From assembly GCA_029268555.1 (NCBI GenBank), contig JAQWNN010000041.1, positions 56 through 64,055 of the forward strand: a stretch of 64,000 nucleotides of DNA, in the 5' to 3' direction. This DNA comes from Flavobacteriaceae bacterium (GTDB taxonomy: Bacteria > Bacteroidota > Bacteroidia > Flavobacteriales > Flavobacteriaceae). Of this stretch, positions 47,568 to 57,974 are shown one piece after another. The stretch's first letter is position 1; each line of letters opens with the position of its first letter. Both the position numbers and the translations under genes were made by a program. The notes below the pieces were generated by a model. It saw nothing but the letters and a program-made list of their open reading frames with translations. It was not told the origin of the DNA and ran no database searches.

Positions 47568-49583
47568 TTGAATAATCCACTATTAGCAGAATTTAAGACC
47601 CCTTTTGAGTCATCTCCTTTCAGCAAAATCAAAATAGAACATTTTATTCCTGCCATTAAAGAGTCAATTGAAATTGCTCTCCAAGAAATTCATAAAATTA
47701 CAGTTCAAAAAGAAGTTCCAACTTTCGAAAATACTTTAGAAAAACTAGAAAAGTGCGGAAAACTCATTGGGAGAAATACTTCATTACTCTTCAACCTCAA
47801 TAGCGCAGAAACAAGTGATGAATTGCAACAAATTTCCCAGCAAGCATCGCCCATATTAACCAAATTTCAAAATGATATTCGTTTAAACAATAAACTTTTC
47901 GAACGCATCCAGAGCATATATCAAAATGAAGACCGCCTCGAACTCTCAACAGAACAAATCACCCTTCTGGAAAAAGAATATAAAAGCTTTGTGCGTAACG
48001 GAGCAAATCTAAACCTAGAGTCTAAAGAGAAACTAAGAAAAATTGATACTGAACTTTCCCAATTAAGCTTGACTTTTGGTGAAAATGTATTGGCAGATAC
48101 GCAGGCTTTTCATTTACATATTGAGAAGGAAGGAGACTTGAAAGGATTACCCTCTGCCATAATTGAAATGGCCGCTGAAGAAGCAAAATCTAGACAAAAA
48201 ACTGGATGGGTTTTTACCCTTGACTATCCAAGCTATGTTCCTTTTATGACCTATTCTGAAAATAGAGTATTACGAAAAAAATTTAGCCTTGCATTTGGGC
48301 AACGAGGGTTCCAAGATAATCCACAAAACAATATTGAGATTATAAAAAAAATAGTTCAATTAAGAAAAAAACGTGCCAATCTCTTAGGTTATAAATCACA
48401 TGCAGCTTTTGTTCTTGAGGAACGCATGGCGCAGTCTGAAGAAAATGTCAAAAATTTTTTAGACAAACTTTCAGAAAAATCGAAACCTGCTGCTGAAAAA
48501 GAATGGGAAAACATGAAGGTTTTTGCTTTTAAAAACTTAAATATAGTACAACTAGAAAAATGGGATATTGCCTATGTTTCGGAAAAACTCAAGCAAGTAG
48601 AGTTGGATTTGGATGAGCGGCAACTTAAACCTTATTTTCAGCTAGAAATGGTATTGGAAGGATTGTTTGATATTGTAAACAAACTTTACGGAATTGAATT
48701 GAAAGAAAATTCTGAAATAGAAACTTATCATTCTGATGTCAAAACATATGAGATCCACAAAAACAGAAACTTTCAAGCTTTATTATACACTGACTTTTTT
48801 CCAAGACCTGGAAAACGAAGTGGAGCTTGGATGACAAGCTATCGTTCTCAAGATAAAAATCACCGCCCCCATGTCTCCATTGTATGTAATTTTTCAAAAC
48901 CTACACAAAAGCAACCTTCTTTACTAACTTTTCAAGAAGTTACTACCTTATTTCACGAATTTGGACATGCACTGCACGGTATTTTAGCGGATACAAAATA
49001 TAGTTCACTTAGCGGTACAAATGTTTTTTGGGATTTTGTTGAGCTGCCTTCTCAAATTATGGAAAACTGGTGCTACCAGCCAGAAGCTCTCAGTTTGTAT
49101 GCACGCCATTATAAAACAGGAGAAGTAATTCCCACATCAATGATAGAAAAAATAAAAAAAGCAGCTCACTTCCAGCAAGGAATGCAAACCTTAAGGCAGT
49201 TAAGTTTTGGGTACTTAGATTTGTCATTTCACGATCAGCAAGCAAGTCAAATTAAAAATATCAAGGCACACGAAAAAAATAAAATCTCACATCTACAGTT
49301 TACAAATGATAATTCTGAAAACTGCATGAGCACTTCTTTTTCTCATATTTTCCAAGGAGGCTATGCTGCTGGCTACTACAGCTATAAATGGGCAGAAGTA
49401 TTGGATGCTGATGCTTTTGAACTGTTTTTAGAAAAAGGTGTTTTCGATTCTAAAACAGCCACCTCATTTGTAAACAATATTTTATCTAAAGGAGGAACAG
49501 AACACCCAATGATTTTATATAAAAAGTTTCGAGGAAAAGAACCTGATCCTTCAGCTTTACTTCGAAGAGCAGGATTATCCTGA
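47568..49583 (+). CDS. dcp: M3-family zinc metallopeptidase (peptidyl-dipeptidase Dcp / oligopeptidase A-like)
   Basis: 671 aa. Zincin motif HEFGHALH and a downstream E in FVELPSQ. The start codon is TTG at 47568. Confidence 0.88.
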   Translation: MNNPLLAEFKTPFESSPFSKIKIEHFIPAIKESIEIALQEIHKITVQKEVPTFENTLEKLEKCGKLIGRNTSLLFNLNSAETSDELQQISQQASPILTKFQNDIRLNNKLFERIQSIYQNEDRLELSTEQITLLEKEYKSFVRNGANLNLESKEKLRKIDTELSQLSLTFGENVLADTQAFHLHIEKEGDLKGLPSAIIEMAAEEAKSRQKTGWVFTLDYPSYVPFMTYSENRVLRKKFSLAFGQRGFQDNPQNNIEIIKKIVQLRKKRANLLGYKSHAAFVLEERMAQSEENVKNFLDKLSEKSKPAAEKEWENMKVFAFKNLNIVQLEKWDIAYVSEKLKQVELDLDERQLKPYFQLEMVLEGLFDIVNKLYGIELKENSEIETYHSDVKTYEIHKNRNFQALLYTDFFPRPGKRSGAWMTSYRSQDKNHRPHVSIVCNFSKPTQKQPSLLTFQEVTTLFHEFGHALHGILADTKYSSLSGTNVFWDFVELPSQIMENWCYQPEALSLYARHYKTGEVIPTSMIEKIKKAAHFQQGMQTLRQLSFGYLDLSFHDQQASQIKNIKAHEKNKISHLQFTNDNSENCMSTSFSHIFQGGYAAGYYSYKWAEVLDADAFELFLEKGVFDSKTATSFVNNILSKGGTEHPMILYKKFRGKEPDPSALLRRAGLS

Positions 49584-49739
49584 CTTTTATTATCTTTTTT
49601 AATGGTGTGAAAAAAAACAGAAGCTGTTCTACTTACTAATTATTAGTTAAGGATTAAAAAAGATAAGATAGCCAAAAGCCTAATTAGTCACATTGACATT
49701 AATGGTGATTATTCAAAATCAGCAAAAGTTTAATTGATC

Positions 49740-50081
49740 TTACCAATTTCTATAACCCTCTTTTAGCTCATATACTTTTTTAAATCCCAAAGATTCCATC
49801 AAGGAAGCTGCCTTACTACTTCGCCCTCCAGCAGAACAATAAATTAAAAGATGTTGTTCTTTATCAAGTTTTGATATTTTAGCAGAAAAGTCTGGGGAAT
49901 TAAAATCAATATTTAAAGCATTTTCAATATGCCCTTTAACAAATTCCTCAGGAGTTCTTAAATCTATCAAGGGATGTTTTTTTTCCATAAGTTGTAAGAA
50001 AATTTCTTTTTCAACCTTCTCTACAACTTGAAAATTTTGAACACAGGAAATAATTAGAAATAATATGATAAGTTTTTTCAT
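49740..50081 (-). CDS. Rhodanese-domain protein, probable exported lipoprotein
   Basis: 113 aa. Signal/lipobox MKKLIILFLIISC and active-site loop YCSAGGRS. Confidence 0.85.
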   Translation of the reverse strand: MKKLIILFLIISCVQNFQVVEKVEKEIFLQLMEKKHPLIDLRTPEEFVKGHIENALNIDFNSPDFSAKISKLDKEQHLLIYCSAGGRSSKAASLMESLGFKKVYELKEGYRNW

Positions 50082-50103
50082 TTTAAAAATAGTTAAATCA
50101 AAT

Positions 50104-50913
50104 CTAAAAATAATAAGTCATTAAATACCATAAAACAGGAATTCCCTCTACCCAAAAACGAGCATGATAATTTGATTGATTTTCATTACTTCTCCACAAC
50201 ATAACACCTAAAATTAAAAAAATTACTAGAGAGCTTAGTATAAATCTAGAGTCGTCCACAAAACTAAAACTTACAAAAGCAGTACCTAAAACTAATAACA
50301 TAATTCCTGCTTTTTTTACTTTAAGAACACCAAATCTTTGGGGTAAGGTTTGTAAACTAGATTTATCTGATTTTAAATCCCCTATTTCAAAAGGAAGTAT
50401 TGCAACAAAAATATAAATACCCTTAATAATGATTAATTTTAAAAAAAGAACTAAATTAAAAGTATCAGCCGATGCCAATGGAACTCCTACTGTTAAACAT
50501 AACCAACTCAAAACAACCAAATATAATTTTAATCCTTTTTTACTTCTCCAATTTGAAGTACTTGACTTTAGAGGAATGGAATACGCAAGGACTAAAAATC
50601 CACCAATAATCGAAAAACTCAATAACAAGTGAGAAAGAAAAAAAAAAGTGACCAAGACTACAAATGAAGTAATTAGTATTAGTAGAACAATTAGGTGATT
50701 TATTTTAGTGAAATTTGGGATAAAAAGAAGTGGGAAAAATTTGATAAAATTATAGGCTGATAGAGCTGATAAAAAAATAAATATTAACAATTTAAACTCG
50801 TTATTCAAACCTGCAATTGACAAACTTATTTTTGCCAACGCAAGTACTGATAAAGCTACGTGAATACTTGATTTTATATAAAAATCAAATATCGTTTTTA
50901 GAATCTTTTGCAC
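50104..50913 (-). CDS. Polytopic membrane protein, possibly a divergent UbiA-type prenyltransferase
   Basis: 269 aa with about 8 hydrophobic segments. It has a single DxxxD-like motif (EIGDLKSDK), but the first Asp-rich motif is not recognisable. The functional call is weak. Confidence 0.6.
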   Translation of the reverse strand: MQKILKTIFDFYIKSSIHVALSVLALAKISLSIAGLNNEFKLLIFIFLSALSAYNFIKFFPLLFIPNFTKINHLIVLLILITSFVVLVTFFFLSHLLLSFSIIGGFLVLAYSIPLKSSTSNWRSKKGLKLYLVVLSWLCLTVGVPLASADTFNLVLFLKLIIIKGIYIFVAILPFEIGDLKSDKSSLQTLPQRFGVLKVKKAGIMLLVLGTAFVSFSFVDDSRFILSSLVIFLILGVMLWRSNENQSNYHARFWVEGIPVLWYLMTYYF

Positions 50914-51027
50914 CTGTAAATATCGAAACTTTATAAGAGTTAGTTTCGATTTTTAAGAAGTTTTAATTCAAAGAAAAAATCAAAGGGAAAAATTTGAATT
51001 AGATATCATATTTTTACAAATAAATTA

Positions 51028-53877
51028 ATGCTTATGAGAACGGACAAATTTGTTGAAAGACATATCGGACCTAATGAAGAGGAAGTAAAAAAAATGTTGG
51101 TGAAAATTAATGCGAATTCCATTGATGAACTATTAGATGAAACCATACCAGCCAATATTCGACTAAATGGTCAGTTAGATTTAGATGATGGTATCAGCGA
51201 ATTTGAATTTGCAAAGCACATTCAAGCTTTGGGAAGAAAAAATAAAAATTATAGTAGCTTCATTGGTTTAGGTTATCATGCTTCGATTCTACCAGCAGTA
51301 ATTCAAAGGAATATACTCGAAAATCCTGGATGGTATACAGCCTATACTCCCTACCAAGCAGAAATAGCTCAGGGGCGTTTGGAAGCCCTGTTCAATTTTC
51401 AAACTGTAATTTGTGATTTAACAGGTATGGAACTTGCTAATGCCTCACTCCTTGACGAGAGTACAGCAGCTGCAGAGTCTATGACAATGCTCTTCGGCGC
51501 TCGAACACGAGCCCAAAAAAAGAATAAAGCACATAAGTTCTTTGTAGATGAAAACGTCCTCCCACAAACCCTTTCATTACTAAACACTAGATCAGCACCG
51601 TTGGGTATTGATCTAGTAGTTGGGAATGCAGATACAATTGAATTTTCAGATTTATATTTTAGCTCTATTTTTCAATATCCTGGAAAAAATGGAAATATTC
51701 CTGATCTAAAACGTTGGATGCAAAAGGCGCAAATTAATGAAATGGCAACAGTTATCGCTGCAGACATCATGAGCCTAGTGCTTCTTGAAAATCCAGGTTC
51801 CTATGGTGCAGATGTGGTAGTTGGTACTACCCAACGTTTTGGTATTCCTTTAGGTTATGGAGGTCCTCACGCTGCGTTTTTTGCAACAAAAAATACTTAT
51901 AAGAGAAACATCCCAGGAAGAATTATTGGTCAAACAAAAGATCTAGATGAAAATCCTGCCTTAAGAATGGCACTTCAAACAAGAGAGCAACACATCAAAA
52001 GGGACCGAGCAACTTCAAATATTTGTACTGCTCAAGTATTGTTGGCAATAATGGCAGGTATGTACGCAGTCTATCATGGCCCAAAAGGATTGAAACATAT
52101 TGCTAGTAGAATTCATGAAAAAGCATGTCGGCTAAATACAATCCTTAGTACCCTAGGAGTAATTCAAAGGAATAATAACTTTTTTGACACACTTCAAATT
52201 GAAGTTGATTCTAAAAAGGTTAAAAATATTGCAGAAGCTAAGCAACTCAACTTCTATTATGTTAACGAAAATACTATCTGTATCTCAATAAATGAGACCA
52301 CTTCATTAAGAGAAATTGATAAGATTTCTTCTGTTTTTGTTGAATATTTAAATAAAGAAAAGCCAATAATTAGTAATACCGTTTCAAATCATATACCATT
52401 AGATCAGCAAAGAAAAAGTGAATATTTAACTCATAAAGTTTTTAATTCACACCATTCCGAAACAGCTTTGATGCGATACATAAAAAACTTGGAAAAGAAA
52501 GATTTAGCTTTAAATCATTCTATGATTTCTTTAGGATCATGCACAATGAAACTAAACGCTGCTTCAGAAATGTTACCCCTTAGTGATCCTAATTGGGCAA
52601 ATATGCACCCGTTTGTCCCCGTAGATCAGGCGAAAGGTTATCATGAAGTACTTGAAAAACTTACAGCTCAACTCAATGAAGTCACAGGATTTACTGCAAC
52701 ATCATTACAACCTAATTCTGGTGCACAGGGTGAATACTCTGGGCTGATGGTGATCCGAGCTTATCACGAATTCCGAAATGAGAGTCACCGAAATATTTGT
52801 TTGATACCGGCTTCGGCGCACGGAACTAATCCAGCATCTGCGGTTATGGCAGGCATGCAGGTAGTAGTAACCGGAACAGATGAGAAAGGAAATATTGATT
52901 GGGAAGTTCTTAAAGAGAAAGCACTAGAGTACAAAGATAATTTAGCGGGATTAATGATAACTTATCCAAGCACACATGGGGTTTTCGAAGCAAAAATTCT
53001 AGATATTACCAATCTTATTCACCAATGCGGAGGACAAGTATATATGGACGGTGCCAATATGAATGCTCAAGTTGGGCTAACAAGTCCTTCACTGATTGGT
53101 GCAGATGTATGCCACTTAAATCTTCATAAAACCTTTGCTATTCCGCATGGAGGTGGTGGTCCTGGAGTAGGACCTATTTGTGTTGCAGAACATTTAGCAC
53201 CCTTTTTACCGAGCAATCCCATAATTACTACCGGTGGAGATAAGGCTATACCAGCTATATCAGGATCACCCTTTGGTTCTGCTTTAGCGTGTTTAATTTC
53301 CTACGGCTATATTAAAATGTTAGGAAGCTCAGGCCTTCAAAAAGCAACAGAAATAGCTATTTTAAATGCAAACTACATCCAAAAACGAATCGAAGGAGCC
53401 TACGATATTCTATATACTGGTGAAAAAGGAAGAGCTGCTCATGAACTCATTATTGACTGTCGTCCTTTTAAGGAATATGGAATTGAAGTAACAGATATAG
53501 CTAAGCGGTTGATGGATTATGGTTTTCATGCTCCCACTGTATCTTTCCCTGTCCCGGGAACAATGATGATTGAACCCACTGAAAGTGAAAACCTTACGGA
53601 AATTGACAGGTTTTGTGATGCAATGATTTCAATTCGTATGGAGATTGGATCTGAAAATCCAAATGATCATTCGTTACTAAAAAATGCACCTCATACTTTA
53701 AGAATGATTACTTCAGATGATTGGGAATTCCCTTACACCAGACAAAAAGCTGCTTTTCCTTTGGGATTTGTTTATGAAAATAAATTCTGGCCAACAGTCC
53801 GTCGAGTGGATGAAGCCTATGGAGACCGTAATTTAGTTTGTAGCTGTTCTCCAATTGAATCTTATGTAAACATATGA
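51028..53877 (+). CDS. gcvP: Glycine dehydrogenase (decarboxylating), glycine cleavage system P protein
   Basis: 949-aa single-chain form. Motif FVERHIGP, and the PLP-lysine region CHLNLHKTFAIPHGGGGPG. Confidence 0.95.
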   Translation: MLMRTDKFVERHIGPNEEEVKKMLVKINANSIDELLDETIPANIRLNGQLDLDDGISEFEFAKHIQALGRKNKNYSSFIGLGYHASILPAVIQRNILENPGWYTAYTPYQAEIAQGRLEALFNFQTVICDLTGMELANASLLDESTAAAESMTMLFGARTRAQKKNKAHKFFVDENVLPQTLSLLNTRSAPLGIDLVVGNADTIEFSDLYFSSIFQYPGKNGNIPDLKRWMQKAQINEMATVIAADIMSLVLLENPGSYGADVVVGTTQRFGIPLGYGGPHAAFFATKNTYKRNIPGRIIGQTKDLDENPALRMALQTREQHIKRDRATSNICTAQVLLAIMAGMYAVYHGPKGLKHIASRIHEKACRLNTILSTLGVIQRNNNFFDTLQIEVDSKKVKNIAEAKQLNFYYVNENTICISINETTSLREIDKISSVFVEYLNKEKPIISNTVSNHIPLDQQRKSEYLTHKVFNSHHSETALMRYIKNLEKKDLALNHSMISLGSCTMKLNAASEMLPLSDPNWANMHPFVPVDQAKGYHEVLEKLTAQLNEVTGFTATSLQPNSGAQGEYSGLMVIRAYHEFRNESHRNICLIPASAHGTNPASAVMAGMQVVVTGTDEKGNIDWEVLKEKALEYKDNLAGLMITYPSTHGVFEAKILDITNLIHQCGGQVYMDGANMNAQVGLTSPSLIGADVCHLNLHKTFAIPHGGGGPGVGPICVAEHLAPFLPSNPIITTGGDKAIPAISGSPFGSALACLISYGYIKMLGSSGLQKATEIAILNANYIQKRIEGAYDILYTGEKGRAAHELIIDCRPFKEYGIEVTDIAKRLMDYGFHAPTVSFPVPGTMMIEPTESENLTEIDRFCDAMISIRMEIGSENPNDHSLLKNAPHTLRMITSDDWEFPYTRQKAAFPLGFVYENKFWPTVRRVDEAYGDRNLVCSCSPIESYVNI

Positions 53878-54001
53878 TTTTCAGATTATAATTTTTAATT
53901 TTTATTTTATATAACTACTTTATTTACTGGTCTAGGCATCGTAGTGATTTTTAACTATTGAATTATTTTAGTACTTTAAAAAAGTAATTTTGTTATTGTT
54001 T

Positions 54002-55057
54002 ATGAATATAAAAATAACAGGTAGCGGGAGTAGTATTCCAAATCATATAAAATCGAATTTAAGTTTTTTGAATAATTCATTTTACGATACCGAAGGAATC
54101 CCAGTTTCAAATTCCAATAAAGAAATTATCGAAAAGTTCAAAGCTATAACTGGTATTGAACAACGTCGCTACATTAAAGATGACCAAACTGTAGCAGATA
54201 TTGCAATCGAAGCTTCCTATCTCGCTATTATAGATGCTCAGCTAGATGCTGAAAACTTAGATTATATTATTGTGGCTCATAATGTTGGAGATATTGCCAA
54301 AAACTCCAATCAAGTAAACACTTTACCCAGTCTAGCTTCTAGAGTAAAAGCTGGTTTAAAAATTAAAAATCCAAACTGTGTTGCATATGATATTTTATTT
54401 GGTTGCCCAGGTTGGGTGGAAGGAGTTATTCAAGCCAAGGCTTTTATTAAAGCAGGAATGGCTAAGAAATGTTTAGTTGTAGGAGCTGATACCCTTTCTA
54501 GAGTTTTAGACCAAACAGATCGGGACTCCATGATATATGCTGATGGTGCAGGAGCAGCTATTATTGAACAAGTTGATGAAGAGGCTGGAATATTATCCCA
54601 CAAAACAGTAACCTATACCTTTGAAGGAGAAGCTGACTTTATTTTTTATGGGCATTCTAACAAAAGCAGAGAAGGGACTAAATATATAAAAATGCATGGG
54701 CGAAAAGTTTATGAATTTGCACTAAGTAAAGTACCAACTGCAATACATAACTGCCTTGAAGCATCTGGTAAATCAATAGAGGATATTAAAAAAATATTCA
54801 TCCATCAAGCTAATCTTAAAATGGATGATGCCATAATTAAAAGACTGTATCGCCTTTATAAAAAACCTATGCCTGAAGATATACTGCCAATGAATATTCA
54901 AGAATTCGGAAACAGTTCTGTGGCTACAGTACCGACTCTATTCGACCTAATTAGAAAAGAGAACTATGGTGGACACAAATTAAATAAAGGTGACCTAATT
55001 ATTTTTGCCTCCGTGGGAGCAGGTATGAACATTAATGCTATTACATATAGAGTATAG
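54002..55057 (+). CDS. 3-oxoacyl-ACP synthase III (KAS III/FabH-like) family protein
   Basis: Cys-His-Asn triad contexts FGCPGW, IHQAN and FGNSS. The ATG at 54002 is preferred over the upstream TTG at 53990. Confidence 0.85.
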   Translation: MNIKITGSGSSIPNHIKSNLSFLNNSFYDTEGIPVSNSNKEIIEKFKAITGIEQRRYIKDDQTVADIAIEASYLAIIDAQLDAENLDYIIVAHNVGDIAKNSNQVNTLPSLASRVKAGLKIKNPNCVAYDILFGCPGWVEGVIQAKAFIKAGMAKKCLVVGADTLSRVLDQTDRDSMIYADGAGAAIIEQVDEEAGILSHKTVTYTFEGEADFIFYGHSNKSREGTKYIKMHGRKVYEFALSKVPTAIHNCLEASGKSIEDIKKIFIHQANLKMDDAIIKRLYRLYKKPMPEDILPMNIQEFGNSSVATVPTLFDLIRKENYGGHKLNKGDLIIFASVGAGMNINAITYRV

Positions 55058-55116
55058 TTCATAAATTACATTTCATAAAAGTATTTTATTGTTAAAATTG
55101 CTACCTTTGATGGGGT

Positions 55117-55854
55117 ATGAAAATTCTTTCAAAAATTGGTAGATACTTTATAATGATCAAAAGTATTTTTGGAAAATTTACCAAGTGGAAAATCCTTAAA
55201 CAACTTATTCTTAAAGATATTGACACATTAATTATAGGTTCAATGGGTATTGTCTCATTTATATCTTTTTTTGTAGGTGGAGTTGTTTCTATTCAAACTG
55301 CTTTAAATCTCGAAAATCCTTTACTCCCAAAAAATTTAATTGGCTTTGCAACTAGACAATCCGTTATTCTAGAATTTGCTCCCACCTTTATTTCTATTAT
55401 TATGGCAGGTAAGGTAGGCTCTTATATAACTTCTAGTATCGGGACTATGAGAGTTACAGAGCAAATTGATGCACTTGAAGTTATGGGGATTAACACTTAT
55501 AATTATCTTATTTTCCCAAAAATTGTGGCCTTATCGCTATACCCATTAGTTATTTGTGTCTCAATGTTTCTAGGAGTCTTTGGTGGTTACATGGCATGTG
55601 TTTATGGAGGATTTTCGTCAAGCTCAGAATTTATTGAAGGGATTCAATTGGATTTCATCCCTTTTCACATTACTTATGCATTTATAAAAACAGGATTCTT
55701 TTCTTTTGTATTAGCTACTATTCCTTCTTATCATGGATATTTTATGACTGGTGGTGCCTTGGAAGTAGGGAAAGCAAGCACTGTTTCTTTTGTATGGACA
55801 AGCGTAGTTATTATACTCTTAAATTATTTAATTACTCAAATGCTACTTACTTAA
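55117..55854 (+). CDS. mlaE: MlaE-family ABC transporter permease
   Basis: 245 aa and polytopic. It has the MlaE-type motif MRVTEQIDALEVMGIN and is followed 1 nt later by the ATPase gene. Confidence 0.8.
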   Translation: MKILSKIGRYFIMIKSIFGKFTKWKILKQLILKDIDTLIIGSMGIVSFISFFVGGVVSIQTALNLENPLLPKNLIGFATRQSVILEFAPTFISIIMAGKVGSYITSSIGTMRVTEQIDALEVMGINTYNYLIFPKIVALSLYPLVICVSMFLGVFGGYMACVYGGFSSSSEFIEGIQLDFIPFHITYAFIKTGFFSFVLATIPSYHGYFMTGGALEVGKASTVSFVWTSVVIILLNYLITQMLLT

Positions 55855-55855
55855 A

Positions 55856-56653
55856 ATGATTGAAGTACAAAATATCATAAAATCATTCGATGGGACAGAA
55901 ATCATCAAAGGAGTTTCTACAGTTTTTGATAAAGGGAAAACCAATCTAATCATTGGACAAAGTGGTTCTGGTAAAACTGTTTTTTTAAAATGTTTATTAA
56001 GTCTGTTTATAGCTGATAGTGGTAAAATACTTTTTGAAGGAAAAGGCCTTAAAAAAATGTCAATTAAAGAGCGTTCTATTTTAAGACAAGAAATGGGAAT
56101 GGTATTCCAAGGGAGTGCATTGTTTGACTCCATGAATGTCGAGGAAAATATAATGTTTCCAATGCAAATGTTTACCCAAAAAGATGATGATGAAATTCGT
56201 GATCGTGCCAATCTAGTAATTAAACGTGTAAACCTGATTAACGCGAATTCTAAGTATCCCGATGAAATTTCTGGTGGTATGAAAAAAAGGGTTGCCATCG
56301 CCAGAGCTATAGTCATGAACCCAAAATACCTCTTCTGTGATGAACCTAATTCTGGCTTAGACCCCAAGACAGCTATCCTTATCGATAACCTAATCCAAGA
56401 AATTACTGCAGAGTACAATATTACTACTGTTATCAATACCCATGACATGAATTCTGTTATGGAAATTGGTGAAAAGATTATCTTTTTAAAAGACGGATTG
56501 AAGTCTTGGGAAGGCACCAAGGAGGAAATATTTAATACAGAAAATGAAGCAGTAACCAACTTTGTATATTCCTCTGATCTCTTTAAAAAAGTTCGTGAGG
56601 TTTATCTCAAAGATGAAAGTGACGAAGAGCAGATGGGAACTACTTCTGCATGA
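55856..56653 (+). CDS. mlaF: MlaF-like ABC transporter ATP-binding protein
   Basis: Walker A GQSGSGKT, signature ISGGMKKRVAIARA and Walker B LFCDEPNSGLD. Confidence 0.85.
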   Translation: MIEVQNIIKSFDGTEIIKGVSTVFDKGKTNLIIGQSGSGKTVFLKCLLSLFIADSGKILFEGKGLKKMSIKERSILRQEMGMVFQGSALFDSMNVEENIMFPMQMFTQKDDDEIRDRANLVIKRVNLINANSKYPDEISGGMKKRVAIARAIVMNPKYLFCDEPNSGLDPKTAILIDNLIQEITAEYNITTVINTHDMNSVMEIGEKIIFLKDGLKSWEGTKEEIFNTENEAVTNFVYSSDLFKKVREVYLKDESDEEQMGTTSA

Positions 56654-57219
56654 GGACTAAAAAGATAAAATCTCCCATTTTTTAATTCTTTACATTCAAA
56701 ACGTGTACGACGTTTTCTTATTTTTACAAATGTTCTTCCATTTTCTAGACGAAATTCCTGACCATTCAATAACTCATAGATTGGGGTTGTAAGAGAGGGG
56801 GGGTCATATTTTTTAAGTGCCATGACCAAATTAAAATCTCGATCTGTACTCGCTTTAGGATTAATCATATGAGCTCCCATTAAGGAACAAATAGGTTCGG
56901 GAAAAATTACTGGATTTAAAAAAGGAAGCAATATTTCCCTGAAGACTTTTTTCCATTCTTTTCCGTGTGGCTTTATTTGATAAAAAACTGATTGAGAGAC
57001 TTTATAATGTGCCAACTCATGAAGTAGCGTGATCAAAAAACGATACGGATTTGAGGTTTGATTGACTGTAATAAATACATTACCATTAACCATTCTACGA
57101 AAATCTCCGTGTTTAGTCTTTCTTTTTTTTTTGATTTTTATAGATACTTTGGTCTTTTCCAAGAACTCTTGAACTTGGACTCTAGCTTCTTCAGGAACAA
57201 AAGACAAAATTTGATCCAT
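56602..57219 (-). CDS. SprT-like zinc-metalloprotease-domain protein
   Basis: HExxH motif in LLHELAHYKV. The likely start is MDQILSF (57219), just after the SDR stop. The 3' end overlaps the mlaF 3' end convergently by 52 nt. Confidence 0.7.
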   Translation of the reverse strand: MDQILSFVPEEARVQVQEFLEKTKVSIKIKKKRKTKHGDFRRMVNGNVFITVNQTSNPYRFLITLLHELAHYKVSQSVFYQIKPHGKEWKKVFREILLPFLNPVIFPEPICSLMGAHMINPKASTDRDFNLVMALKKYDPPSLTTPIYELLNGQEFRLENGRTFVKIRKRRTRFECKELKNGRFYLFSPHAEVVPICSSSLSSLR

Positions 57220-57226
57220 ACTTAAT

Positions 57227-57904
57227 TTATGGGGTTGATGAAGAAACAGGTAAAATTTTCCCATTAAAAAACTGCTGTCCTTCTAAAGCAAATTTCAAAA
57301 TGTAAGTTGCTATTTCTTCTGCTGAGACTGGTGCCTGAAAACCAGGAAAAGCTTGTTTCAACATTTCCGTTTGAACCGCTCCCAATGCCAAAGCATTAAA
57401 TGCAGGACCGGTCTCTTTGTATTCTTCAGCCAACAATTCGGTTAAAATATTTACAGCTCCTTTACTACTGCTATAGGCTGCTAAACCCGGGAATTTTGAG
57501 CTCCCGTCAACACCACCCATACTGCTGATATTCAGTACATGGCCTTTAGTATTAATAAGAGGTAATAATATTCTAGTAAGTGAAGCCAATCCAATAATAT
57601 TGACATGGTAGATCGAGAAAAAATCTTCAGTTGTGGTTTCACTGAAAGGTTTATTAATCAAAGCCCCAGCATTATTGATCAATGCATCAATTTGTATACC
57701 ATCTTTTTGAATCTGATCTACAAAAGATTCCAGTGAATTTTTAACCGTAATATCAATTGAAAAAGGATGTACTAAATTCGTTTTTTTTATGGTACTAATG
57801 TTACGCGACAAGGCGTAAACCTGATGACCAGCAGCTGAAGCAAGTTGAACCAATGCATATCCAATTCCACGACTTGATCCTGTTATTACTAGCGTTTTAG
57901 ACAT
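57227..57904 (-). CDS. Short-chain dehydrogenase/reductase (SDR) family oxidoreductase
   Basis: Cofactor motif TGSSRGIG, plus NNAG and the catalytic YSSSK. Confidence 0.88.
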   Translation of the reverse strand: MSKTLVITGSSRGIGYALVQLASAAGHQVYALSRNISTIKKTNLVHPFSIDITVKNSLESFVDQIQKDGIQIDALINNAGALINKPFSETTTEDFFSIYHVNIIGLASLTRILLPLINTKGHVLNISSMGGVDGSSKFPGLAAYSSSKGAVNILTELLAEEYKETGPAFNALALGAVQTEMLKQAFPGFQAPVSAEEIATYILKFALEGQQFFNGKILPVSSSTP

Positions 57905-57974
57905 ATTCTAAAGGTAAGAAAAAATAGTAGGTTATAAGAACTTCAAAGACCGATGCGCTTTTTTATTTTAAACC

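Noticed and set aside
50914-51027. A possible glycine riboswitch in the gcvP leader.
   Set aside because: The 114-nt leader is very AT-rich. It lacks the conserved GGAGAG...CACCG...CTCTGGAGA-type elements and any convincing tandem aptamer stems.
55843-56559. A 238-codon ORF antisense to, and entirely inside, the mlaF-like ABC ATPase gene. This is strikingly long for an AT-rich genome.
   Set aside because: The sense strand carries unmistakable Walker A, signature and Walker B motifs. The antisense translation is low-complexity (rich in Ser, Ile, Leu and Phe) with no motif. Long shadow ORFs opposite ABC ATPase genes are a known artefact of codon structure.
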